DNA of 64,000 nt from an uncultured virus (IMG/VR IMGVR_UViG_3300047322_001016). Taxonomy: Duplodnaviria; Heunggongvirae; Uroviricota; Caudoviricetes. A program made the translations under genes and the position numbers. The notes below the pieces were generated by a model that saw only the letters and a program-made list of their open reading frames with translations, was not told the DNA's origin and made no database searches. The stretch lies in the IMG/VR virus record IMGVR_UViG_3300047322_001016; one strand, 5' to 3'. Position 1 is the stretch's first letter; the number at the start of each line of letters is the position of its first letter. Below, piece after piece: positions 36,548 through 45,493 of the stretch.

Positions 36548-38148
36548 GACTCCCCGAGCCGCCGAAGCCCCAGTCGATGCTGGAGCTGATGTACGAAGCC
36601 CGCGCCACCAGAGAACGAAACGACGACATCGCGAAGTGCGAAACCAGCCTCTCCCATTTCGTGCAGCGCGCCTGGCCGCATTTGAAACCCGAAGACAAAT
36701 ACATTCACAACTGGCACATCGACGCGGTCGCGGAGAAGCTGGAAGCGATCAGCCGCCAGGAGATCTACCGGCTCCTTGTCTGGCTGCCGCCGGGGGCGAT
36801 GAAGTCGATGCTGGTCAGCGTTCTCTGGCCCGCCTGGGAGTGGACAACGAACCCGTGGGTTCGCTACTGGGGCGCAAGCTACGAAACACGGTTCGCGGCG
36901 CGTCTGTCGGCGATGAGCCGCGACCTGATGATGGGTGAGTGGTACCAGTCATGCTGGGGGGAGCGCTTCAAGTTCGGACGGGTCGCCGAGAACTATTTCG
37001 ACAACGACCGCGGCGGCACCCGCCTGGCGACGTCGCCGGAGTCGGTCGGCACCGGAGAGCACGGACACCGGATCCTGATCGACGACCCGATCAAAGCGTC
37101 CGTTGCCGAAGCAGCGTCGAAAGTGATGCTGCAGGAAGTAAACAACTGGTACGACGGCACGGTTGTCAGCCGCGGAGTCCAGATCGGGTTCAAGCCCGCC
37201 CGGGTGATCGTGATGCAGAGGCTGCACGAAGAAGACCTTTCCGCCCACGTGTACGAGTTGGAAGGCGACTGGGAAGTGCTGTGCCTGCCGGAACGGTACG
37301 AGTCGAAGCACCAGTTCGTGTCGCCGCTCGACGTTCGCACCGTCGAAGGCCAGGTGCTGTGGCCGGAGCAGCGCGACGACGAAGAGTCGGACGCGCTCGC
37401 CAGGTCGCTGGGCCCGCATCGTGCCGCCGGCCAGCTGCAGCAGCGGCCAACCGCGAAAGAAGGCGGGATGCTGAAAACAGCCGACTGGCGCTTCTACGAC
37501 CCGCGGATCCAGGCCGCCGACACGTGGGACACCAAGAAAGAGTTCAACTGGACGAACCTGCCTGCGTTCAGCATGGTCGTGCAGACCGTCGACTGCCCGT
37601 TGAAAGACAAGGAAACGAACGACAACATCGCGATCCAAGTGTGGGGGATCCACGGGGCGCAGCGCTACCTGCTCGACCTTCAGCTCGGGAAGATGAACTA
37701 CTCGGCCGCGAAACGCGCCGTGCGGGAGATGGCGCAGTGGGCGCGAAGAAACTGGCCGCGGGCCCGGCACGTGATGCTGGTGGAGAACGGCGGCTACGGC
37801 AGCGACATCGAGCTCGACCTGAAGATGGAGTTCACCGGGATCAAGAAGATCAACCCGCAGAACGACGGAGACAAAGAGGTTCGCGCCGACCGTGCGTCCG
37901 AGTCGCTCGAGTCGCACCACTGTTTCATTCCCGGCTACGGCCCGCCGGGGAAGCCGTCCTACGACGCTGTCACGACGCCGCAGAAGTTCAGCGGCTTCAT
38001 CTCGAACTGCAGCAAGTTCCCGTACGCCCCGCACGACGACGACGTCGACGCCTGGTCGCAGATGATCAACTGGATGCGCGGAAACCAAACGCGGGCGATC
38101 AGAATGTCGTCGGCCTCAAGCCGACGTCGGGCGGCAGCCGTCAGATGA
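36544..38148 (+). CDS. terL: terminase large subunit
   Basis: LPPGAMKS Walker A-like, ILIDDP Walker B, VMQRLHEEDL, FP...HDDDVDA nuclease motif. Confidence 0.93.
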   Translation: MRLPEPPKPQSMLELMYEARATRERNDDIAKCETSLSHFVQRAWPHLKPEDKYIHNWHIDAVAEKLEAISRQEIYRLLVWLPPGAMKSMLVSVLWPAWEWTTNPWVRYWGASYETRFAARLSAMSRDLMMGEWYQSCWGERFKFGRVAENYFDNDRGGTRLATSPESVGTGEHGHRILIDDPIKASVAEAASKVMLQEVNNWYDGTVVSRGVQIGFKPARVIVMQRLHEEDLSAHVYELEGDWEVLCLPERYESKHQFVSPLDVRTVEGQVLWPEQRDDEESDALARSLGPHRAAGQLQQRPTAKEGGMLKTADWRFYDPRIQAADTWDTKKEFNWTNLPAFSMVVQTVDCPLKDKETNDNIAIQVWGIHGAQRYLLDLQLGKMNYSAAKRAVREMAQWARRNWPRARHVMLVENGGYGSDIELDLKMEFTGIKKINPQNDGDKEVRADRASESLESHHCFIPGYGPPGKPSYDAVTTPQKFSGFISNCSKFPYAPHDDDVDAWSQMINWMRGNQTRAIRMSSASSRRRAAAVR

Positions 38149-38390
38149 GCGGCGCCCTGATGAGCAGCGACACCACAACCGTGAAATGCCCGGATTGTGG
38201 CGGCATGCGCGAAGTCACGAACAGGCAGTACCGACGGATCCTTCGCGAAGGCGCGGACAGCCGTTGCAGCGTCTGCCGGAGCATGATCCGGCCCGTCGTT
38301 ATCTCCCCGTCGCACCGGAACTTCTGGCTCAACACTTACACGACCGAGTGGATCGTGGAGACAGCAGCGATGATCTGGGGAGACAAGTGA
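38145..38390 (+). CDS. Zn-finger hypothetical protein
   Basis: CPDC...CSVC. Confidence 0.6.
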   Translation: MSGALMSSDTTTVKCPDCGGMREVTNRQYRRILREGADSRCSVCRSMIRPVVISPSHRNFWLNTYTTEWIVETAAMIWGDK

Positions 38391-39094
38391 AAGTCGCGGT
38401 CCTCGTTCCCGTGGCGAGGCCGAAAACGATCCCGGCGCTCCTGGAAAGCCTTGCTTCTTCGCAGGGTCGTGTTGAGCTGGTGCCGCTGCTGATCGCTTCG
38501 AAAGGAGACCTGAAGTCGCTTCGCGCCTGCAAAGCGTCGGGAGCCGAGTTTTTGGTGTCGGCGACAAAACTCGGGCCCGGTGACTTCGCGGCCAAGATCG
38601 ACCTTGGGTACCGCTCGACCGACACACCCTGGATTTTCCAGGGAGCGGAAGACATCGAGTTTTCGTTCGGGTGGGCCGACACGGCCCTCGAGGTTGCCGA
38701 ACGAACCGGCGCGCTTGTGATTGGAACGAACGACGAAGGAAACCCGGAAGTGCTGCGCGGAATCCACTCCACCCACTCTTTGATCTCGCGTGCCTACTGC
38801 GACGACCCGGGCGCGTCGATGGACGGTCCCCGCACTGTTTTCTCGCGTTCCTACGCTCACAACTGGACGGACGCGGAGCTGGTCGGGGTCGCGAAGTCGC
38901 GCGGCGTCTGGGCGTTCTGCGCGGACTCGATCGTCCGCCACAACCATCCGCACTGGGGCCGCGGCACAATGGACTCGATCTACGCACTCGGGCTTTCCAG
39001 TTTCGAGTCTGACCGCCGAACGTTCATGCGTCGACGGCGGCTGTGGGCCAGCCGCCCCGGCAACCAAAGGCGTCCGATGGCGCGGCGAAGATGA
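38387..39094 (+). CDS. glycosyltransferase family 2-like
   Basis: VAVLVPV.RP...FQGAEDIEF...HNWTD.E...VRHNHP. Confidence 0.75.
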   Translation: MKVAVLVPVARPKTIPALLESLASSQGRVELVPLLIASKGDLKSLRACKASGAEFLVSATKLGPGDFAAKIDLGYRSTDTPWIFQGAEDIEFSFGWADTALEVAERTGALVIGTNDEGNPEVLRGIHSTHSLISRAYCDDPGASMDGPRTVFSRSYAHNWTDAELVGVAKSRGVWAFCADSIVRHNHPHWGRGTMDSIYALGLSSFESDRRTFMRRRRLWASRPGNQRRPMARRR

Positions 39095-39268
39095 CGTCGT
39101 GTCCGAGACAAAGACACCGCCGGCAACAATCGCTGACTGCGACCGCAAGATCTTCAAGGCGTGGCGCGCTTTGCGCGACGACCCGAAAGCGGACGCCGAA
39201 GACTGCCGCCGCGCGATCGACGTCTGGCTTGACGCTCGGCTGATCCTGATGCGCCGCCGAGACACGAC

Positions 39269-39946
39269 GTGAAGCTCAGCATTCTGATCTCCACACACGG
39301 CAGCGAAGAGTGGAGAAGGCTCGCCCTGCGAAGGGCTGTCCCGTCAGCCGAAAACCAAGGCTCGCACGAGGTTCTTGTCCTTCACGAGCCGAAAGCGACT
39401 TTGGCTGAAGTGCGGAACGCCAACGCGGAACAAGCGACCGGCGACTTCCTTCTGTACTTGGACGGAGACGACGAGCTCGACCCGGGGTTCGTCGAAGCGA
39501 TCAGCCAAGCGCACGCGGAGCTACCGCCAGCGGTAGTTCCGCTGCTGACGCCGTCGGTCAGCTATGTGCGCGGGATGACACGGAAGCAGCCGAAGATCTG
39601 GCCGGAGATAGACATCCGCAACGGCAACTGGATGATCATCGGCACCGTTGTGCCGAGAGACCTTGTTCTTTCCTTCGGAGGGTTCCGCGAATACGGCTGG
39701 AGCGAAGACTGGGGGTTCTGGGCGATGTGCATGGAAGCCGGCGCGACGCCCGTCAAAGTCCCCGAAGCCATCTACGTCGCTCACGTCAACCATAAGTCGC
39801 GAAACCGCTCCAGGTCGCGGCAAGAGGTTCTGTTCTGGCACCAGGCGATCGGGCACGATGTTTGGCCCCACATCTACGAACGGCCCACCGACGAAGAGGT
39901 ATCCCGGTCGGCTCTTCTCACCGGCCACGTCAGGAGACTGGATTGA
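39269..39946 (+). CDS. glycosyltransferase family 2
   Basis: LSILIST...RN.....ATGDFLLYLDGDD...GGF.....EDW. Confidence 0.85.
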   Translation: MKLSILISTHGSEEWRRLALRRAVPSAENQGSHEVLVLHEPKATLAEVRNANAEQATGDFLLYLDGDDELDPGFVEAISQAHAELPPAVVPLLTPSVSYVRGMTRKQPKIWPEIDIRNGNWMIIGTVVPRDLVLSFGGFREYGWSEDWGFWAMCMEAGATPVKVPEAIYVAHVNHKSRNRSRSRQEVLFWHQAIGHDVWPHIYERPTDEEVSRSALLTGHVRRLD

Positions 39947-40620
39947 GGTACGTCCTTTCCGTGTTGACGCACGGCGACAACGCCGAACTGCTTGACGGAC
40001 TCGTCCATTCGTTCTCGGCCAACGTCTCTCCGGCCCCGACCGCCTGCGTCGTCGTTCAGGATGGCCCGTGCGCGTTGCCCCCGATGGCGTCGCTGAACTG
40101 GCAGGTCACGCAACTAGACCCGCAAGGCGGTTTCTGTGAAGCGAGCGAAGAGCTGTGGAGCCAGTCGATCAGAGCCGCCGACGACAGCGGGGCCGACTAC
40201 GTGTTCTGGCTTGAGCATGACTTCCGCTTTCAGCGCACAGTGGATCTCAACGAGATGGCGGCGGTGCTCAATTCTTCCGAGCATCTGGCCCAGGTCAGCC
40301 TGCTGCGGCAGGCCGTGAACAGAGACGAGAGCAGACTCGGAGGAATCATCCCTCTCGCCAGGGAACGCGGGCAGCTGTTCACTCCCAAGCAAACGATGGG
40401 AGTCGACTGGATCGAGCACTCGGCCTACTACACAACGAACGTCAATCTCATGACCGTCGAGTTCATGGCGAGAAACCCGTGGACGGCAGCGCGAGACCAG
40501 TGCGAAGGAAAGTTCGGTCTTGACCTTCTTGCGCGCGGATACAACTTCGCGATCCTGGGCGACGGGCAGCCATGGATCGAACACGTTGGCGTAAGAGATG
40601 GTTCCGGCAAAGGGTACTGA
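39943..40620 (+). CDS. glycosyltransferase-like protein
   Basis: GF...DYVFWLEHDF...IEHVG. Confidence 0.75.
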   Translation: MRYVLSVLTHGDNAELLDGLVHSFSANVSPAPTACVVVQDGPCALPPMASLNWQVTQLDPQGGFCEASEELWSQSIRAADDSGADYVFWLEHDFRFQRTVDLNEMAAVLNSSEHLAQVSLLRQAVNRDESRLGGIIPLARERGQLFTPKQTMGVDWIEHSAYYTTNVNLMTVEFMARNPWTAARDQCEGKFGLDLLARGYNFAILGDGQPWIEHVGVRDGSGKGY

Positions 40621-41249
40621 TGCCTTTCGATGCTTTCCACTATGACGCTCTTCGCGTGGGATGCCAGAGAAGCGCGTTCACCATTGCCACGCTGATACAC
40701 GGCGTGTTCCAGCCGGAGACGATGATCGACGTCGGCGGCGGAGAGGGTTGGTTCGCCGCCGAATTCGCCAAACTTGGATGCGAAGCAACGGTCGTTGATT
40801 CCGGTGTGCCCGCCAGGCGGGCGGAAGGGATCTCGTTTGTCGAATGCGACCTCGAACACGAGGCTGCCAAAGGCGACTATGACTTGGCCGTCTGCCTTGA
40901 AGTGGCCGAGCATCTCACCCCGAGCGGCGGCGTCGCCCTCGTTACCAACCTGACAGAGCTAGCTCCGATCGTCGTGTTCTCGGCGGCCGCGCCGGGGCAA
41001 GGAGGAATGCAGCACATAAACGAGCAGTGGCCATGCTACTGGGCCGACCTGTTTGATCCTCTGGGGTACGTCGCGACGGAAGACTTCCGTTGGATGGTGT
41101 GGGAAGACGAAACGGTCGAATCCTGGTATCGGCAGAACTTGCTCGTCTTCGCCCGCCCCGAGACACTCAAAGATTGCGAGCTTTCCTGGACAAGCACTCC
41201 GGTTTCCGTGATCCACCCGGACATTTGGGGAGCCTACCGACCAATATGA
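40620..41249 (+). CDS. class I SAM-dependent methyltransferase
   Basis: IDVGGGEG...DLAVCLEVAEHL...FSAA.PGQGG..HINEQ. Confidence 0.88.
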   Translation: MPFDAFHYDALRVGCQRSAFTIATLIHGVFQPETMIDVGGGEGWFAAEFAKLGCEATVVDSGVPARRAEGISFVECDLEHEAAKGDYDLAVCLEVAEHLTPSGGVALVTNLTELAPIVVFSAAAPGQGGMQHINEQWPCYWADLFDPLGYVATEDFRWMVWEDETVESWYRQNLLVFARPETLKDCELSWTSTPVSVIHPDIWGAYRPI

Positions 41250-41914
41250 AGCTGTCTATCTTGATCCCCTACCGTCCTGATGGTGGCCCGCGCGATGTTC
41301 TTTGGCAGTGGCTACGCCAACGTTACGACGTCTTCTTCCCTCATGCTGAGATGATCGTCGCTGGAGAAACTGCTTCGTTGCCGTTCAACCGTCCTCGAGC
41401 GGCGAACCAGGCTGCGGACATGGCGACGGGAGATATCTACGTGATCGGCGACGCTGATACCGCGTTTAATCCCGAGTTTCTCCGTCGTGCTATCAAACAC
41501 GTCGCCAGGACGGGGGACTGGATGGTGCCGACCACATACCATCAGCTCACAGAAGAAACCACGCGCGAGATCGTTGCCGGCGCGGCCGACGCAGAAATCG
41601 GGGAGCCAACGTCAACGGTCTGGACGGGACACGGTTCTTCGGTCGCACCGATCCTGGTCACTCCTGCCAAAGCGTTCCATCAAGTGGGGGGGTATGACGA
41701 GCGTTACGTCGGCTGGGGATCTGACGATCGCGCTTTCGCGGTTGCGATGAACACGCTCTACCGTCACTACGTTCGCTGGCAGGGAGCGTCCTATCACCTT
41801 TTCCATCCGCGCGGCAATCAGCACGATTCAAACGCATCCCTTACGCTTGCATACGTTCAGGCCGACGGAGATGCTGCTTCCGTCTCCAGGCTTCGCAGCG
41901 GGAGCCGACTATGA
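41246..41914 (+). CDS. glycosyltransferase (GT2/GT7C-like)
   Basis: LSILIPYR...FNR..A.N...DAD...VGGYDERYVGWGSDD. Confidence 0.85.
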   Translation: MKLSILIPYRPDGGPRDVLWQWLRQRYDVFFPHAEMIVAGETASLPFNRPRAANQAADMATGDIYVIGDADTAFNPEFLRRAIKHVARTGDWMVPTTYHQLTEETTREIVAGAADAEIGEPTSTVWTGHGSSVAPILVTPAKAFHQVGGYDERYVGWGSDDRAFAVAMNTLYRHYVRWQGASYHLFHPRGNQHDSNASLTLAYVQADGDAASVSRLRSGSRL

Positions 41915-42693
41915 GCGTCTGCGCCATCGTCCTCGCACGGGACGAAGAGGACATAATCGAAACCACCGTCAACTGGCTTCTGCTTCAGGTCGACCACGTT
42001 GTGCTCCTTGACCACGGCTCCGTCGATGACACGGCGAAGATTGCGCGCGAACTCGGCTGCGAAGTACGGGAAGCTCTTGGGCCCGGATACCGCCAGGCGG
42101 AGCGGATGAACGCAGCCGCTACGCAGGCTCTCGCAGACGGGTTCGAGTGGATCGTGCCCGTCGACGCCGACGAAATTTGGGTCCCTTGCTTCGAGGGAAC
42201 GATCAGCGAGGTTCTTGCGGACTGCTCCGCACCGGTCGTGCAAGGCATCGTCCACGACCATCATCCGACGAGCCTTGATAGCGGAGAAGAAGACGCGATC
42301 TTACGACAGCCCTGGCGGCAACAAGACATTCGTTGGCTGAAGATGGCGGCGCGAACAAACCCTGGGCTTCAGTTCACGAACGGATACCACGCCACCCTGA
42401 TCGACGGCCAAGAAGTCTTTGGTGAAACGCTCTTTACGATCCACCACTTTCCCTACCGAAGCATTGAAAGACTCATCCGAAACGTTCGCAACGCGGCGAT
42501 ATCCTACGCGGCCGACCCAACGATGCCGGAAACGGACTCACGTCACAAGCGATCCCTGGCGCAGCTCAGCGATCGAGACATCGAGTCTTGGTGGTCGAAG
42601 CACGCCTTTCTGTCCGACCCGGAAGCGGCTGGTCTCATTTTCGATCCAGTCGCAAACATCGTGCCTATCGAAGGAGAATCGCATGGCGAGTGA
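41911..42693 (+). CDS. glycosyltransferase family 2
   Basis: RDEEDII...DHGSVDDT...WIVPVDADE...HHFPYRS. Confidence 0.85.
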   Translation: MSVCAIVLARDEEDIIETTVNWLLLQVDHVVLLDHGSVDDTAKIARELGCEVREALGPGYRQAERMNAAATQALADGFEWIVPVDADEIWVPCFEGTISEVLADCSAPVVQGIVHDHHPTSLDSGEEDAILRQPWRQQDIRWLKMAARTNPGLQFTNGYHATLIDGQEVFGETLFTIHHFPYRSIERLIRNVRNAAISYAADPTMPETDSRHKRSLAQLSDRDIESWWSKHAFLSDPEAAGLIFDPVANIVPIEGESHGE

Positions 42694-43339
42694 ACTGATC
42701 CCAGGGCCGGAGCCAACCCCTGACTGTCCCGTACCCGGCATGCACATCTGGGGATGGATGACGAACTTCGAGCTTGAAGCGCTGGCCGAGATGGCGTCGT
42801 CTGTCGAGTCGGTCGTTGAGGTTGGGAGCCTGCATGGCCGCTCGGCGTTCGCACTCGCATCCTCCTGCCCGGGCACCGTGCACTGCATCGACCCGTGGGA
42901 CGACGAACACGGCTTGTGTTACCCATCCTTCATGGGCAACGTTGGCTACCTCCCGAATGTTCGCGCGATCCGTTCCTATAACTCAGCGGAAGTCGCCGCC
43001 GAAATCGGAGAAGTCGACATGGTGTTCATCGACGGCGCCCACGATTACGGCGCCGTCATGGCCGACATCGCCGCATGGCTTCCGTTTACAGGGAAGCTCA
43101 TGTGCGGCCACGACTACGAGAATGCCGACGGCGGCTACCCAGGCGTCAAGATGGCAGTCGATCAAGTATTTGGAGACTCCGTCGTTGTTTATCCCCGAAC
43201 GACGATTTGGACAGTCGAACGCGGAACGGGAGAATGGAAAATCGAATCGGGGCTTCCCGAGAGGCTGACATACACAGACGAGTACAAGCGCACGGACACC
43301 GTCGATCTTATTTGGCCAGGGGGTGCGTCATCTCTGTAG
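42683..43339 (+). CDS. methyltransferase (Methyltransf_24-like)
   Basis: VEVGSLHGRS...IDPW...VFIDGAHDY...GHDY. Confidence 0.85.
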   Translation: MASELIPGPEPTPDCPVPGMHIWGWMTNFELEALAEMASSVESVVEVGSLHGRSAFALASSCPGTVHCIDPWDDEHGLCYPSFMGNVGYLPNVRAIRSYNSAEVAAEIGEVDMVFIDGAHDYGAVMADIAAWLPFTGKLMCGHDYENADGGYPGVKMAVDQVFGDSVVVYPRTTIWTVERGTGEWKIESGLPERLTYTDEYKRTDTVDLIWPGGASSL

Positions 43340-43347
43340 CAGCCGTC

Positions 43348-44136
43348 ATGTTGGTGAAAGACGAAGCAGACATTGTCTCGTTCGTGCTCGACCATCTCCA
43401 CGCGCAGGTCGACGCGGTCTACGTCTACGACAACCTCAGCACCGACGGCACCAGGGAGATCCTCGAAGACCGCGGCGAAACCTGGTTCGACGACCGGGAG
43501 GTCGGATATTTCCAGTCGAAGAAAACGACGCGGGCGGCTCGCCACGCCAACGACCTGGGGCACTCGTGGGTTCTGCCGTGCGACGCCGACGAGATCTGGT
43601 ATTCGCCGGACGGACGAACGGTGAGCGACTACCTGAGCGGGATCGCGCCGGGAGTGCGGGTCGTCACGGGCGCCCTTTTCAACCACATCCCGAGCGGACT
43701 CGACGACGCAACACAGGTCAACCCGGTCAAGAGGATCGGGTGGCGCCAGCAGTCACACGGGGCGCTCCCCAAGGTCTGTGTTCACATGGGGCCCGACGTC
43801 ACGATCGCGATGGGGAACCACGGGGCCTCCTACTCGGGGTACGGCCTGACCGTTCCCGGGCTTGCTTTGCGCCACTTCACCTGGCGCACCCCGGAGCAGT
43901 ATCTGAGAAAGATCAGGAACGGAATGGCCGCCTACGCCGCGACCGACATGGGAGACCAGTTCGGCGCCCACTGGCGCATGTTCAACGGAGCCAGCGACGA
44001 AGCGATCATGGATCATTTCCGACAATGGTTCTTTTTCGACGATCCCGCCGCCGAGGATTTGGTCTACGACCCGGCTCCGTCGTCAGAGGGCCTGCCTACA
44101 CTTGGCGCTGATATCTCGAAAGGAGAACAAGCATGA
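43348..44136 (+). CDS. glycosyltransferase family 2 (paralog of 41911-42693)
   Basis: VKDEADIV...DNLSTDGT...WVLPCDADE...RHFTWR; start uncertain. Confidence 0.85.
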   Translation: MLVKDEADIVSFVLDHLHAQVDAVYVYDNLSTDGTREILEDRGETWFDDREVGYFQSKKTTRAARHANDLGHSWVLPCDADEIWYSPDGRTVSDYLSGIAPGVRVVTGALFNHIPSGLDDATQVNPVKRIGWRQQSHGALPKVCVHMGPDVTIAMGNHGASYSGYGLTVPGLALRHFTWRTPEQYLRKIRNGMAAYAATDMGDQFGAHWRMFNGASDEAIMDHFRQWFFFDDPAAEDLVYDPAPSSEGLPTLGADISKGEQA

Positions 44137-44999
44137 GGATTCTGATCACAGGCTCGGAGAGTTTCATCGGCCCGCATTTGCGGCGCGAGCTCCAGGACGC
44201 CGGCCACATCGTTTCCGTTTTCGACATCGCGGAGGACGCCAGCAACGTTGCCGACGCGATCGACGCGATCGGCGAGGCCAACGCCGAATCGGTGATCCAT
44301 CTGGAGAAAAGACCGAACGGCGAAGAGCTCGATTTCGTCGGCTCGGCGCTGGCTGCCGTCGTCGCGCAGGCCTGCGGGGTGTTCGGGGCGCGGTTCGTCT
44401 ACGCGTCTTCGGGAACCGTTTACGGTGACAACGGAGCAACCGTCTGCGACGAGCTGAAAGGGCCGTTCGGCCTTCCGGCCAGCGTTCGCGGCCTGGAAAG
44501 CCTTTTCGGGGAGAAGATCGGCCAGTTCTACGCCCCGAACGGGTTCACGAGCCTCCGCTTCTCGGCGATCTACGGGCCAGGGCAGCAGCTGCGTGACTCC
44601 GCGGTCGTCGACTTTCTCTGGAAGGCGAACTCGGGCAAACAAATCCCTGTTCACATCGGGACGGAAAGGTCGTGGTGTTGGGTCGGTGACGCCGTCCGCG
44701 CCATCCGGCTTGTGGTCGAGCACGGCGAAGGGCCGTTCAACGTGGCCCGCTCCGACGACCCGCGTTCGATGAAGTACGTGGCCGAGCTCGCCTGCAACCT
44801 GACCGGCGCCGACAAACAGCTGATCGAGATGATCCCGATGCCCGAGAAAGAAGTGGCCGTCAGGCGTCTGGCGACTGCCCGTCTGCACAGCCTGGGATGG
44901 GCACCCCTTGTTTCCCTCTACGACGGCATGGCGTTGACGCTCGAGTGGGTGTCGCAACTGGAAGAGAGCGACGCACGGAAGGTTCTCGAGGTTCGCTGA
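44133..44999 (+). CDS. NAD-dependent epimerase/dehydratase (possibly degenerate active site)
   Basis: ILITGSESFIG, YASS..VYG, LRF..IYGPG; YxxxK appears replaced. Confidence 0.8.
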   Translation: MRILITGSESFIGPHLRRELQDAGHIVSVFDIAEDASNVADAIDAIGEANAESVIHLEKRPNGEELDFVGSALAAVVAQACGVFGARFVYASSGTVYGDNGATVCDELKGPFGLPASVRGLESLFGEKIGQFYAPNGFTSLRFSAIYGPGQQLRDSAVVDFLWKANSGKQIPVHIGTERSWCWVGDAVRAIRLVVEHGEGPFNVARSDDPRSMKYVAELACNLTGADKQLIEMIPMPEKEVAVRRLATARLHSLGWAPLVSLYDGMALTLEWVSQLEESDARKVLEVR

Positions 45000-45331
45000 T
45001 GGCGGTTCCGAGTCCCTGGGCGGCCCTGATCCTGGTCGCGGCCGCATACCGGCTCTGGCGGCTGCTCGCCGAAGACACGATCCTCAACACCCCGCGCCGA
45101 CGTCTCGTGAACCTTCCGCTCGACTGGGAAGAGGGAGAGCCGGTCCCAGACGACTACCGGATCGGCCTGGCGAATTTCATCTCGTGCCCGGCGTGCTTCG
45201 GGTTCTGGATTTCGCTTTCCGTCTGGCTCCTTTGGGAAGCAAACGCTCACTGGACAGAGGTTTTCTCGATGCCTTTCGCGATCTCCGCGGCGGTGATCGT
45301 CGTTCGCGCAAGGCTCGACCCGCCCGACTGA
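44999..45331 (+). CDS. DUF1360-like membrane protein
   Basis: AAYRLWRLL..DTI...R...CPAC.GFW. Confidence 0.75.
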   Translation: MAVPSPWAALILVAAAYRLWRLLAEDTILNTPRRRLVNLPLDWEEGEPVPDDYRIGLANFISCPACFGFWISLSVWLLWEANAHWTEVFSMPFAISAAVIVVRARLDPPD

Positions 45332-45406
45332 ACGACGAGAGACGACGGAGAGACGTCCCACTCAAGCCCTACACTCTGCCCGACGCCACTTCACGAAGGA
45401 GACGAA

Positions 45407-45487
45407 ATGTGTAACTGCGGAAAGAAGGGCAAACTGCCTGTTGCGCCTGGTCCAAGGCACCCCGTTTCGGCTGACCTGAAGAAGTAG
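45407..45487 (+). CDS. 26-aa peptide MCNCGKKG...
   Basis: RBS AAGGAG; N-terminus matches 50386-50802. Confidence 0.55.
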   Translation: MCNCGKKGKLPVAPGPRHPVSADLKK

Positions 45488-45493
45488 GAGAGA

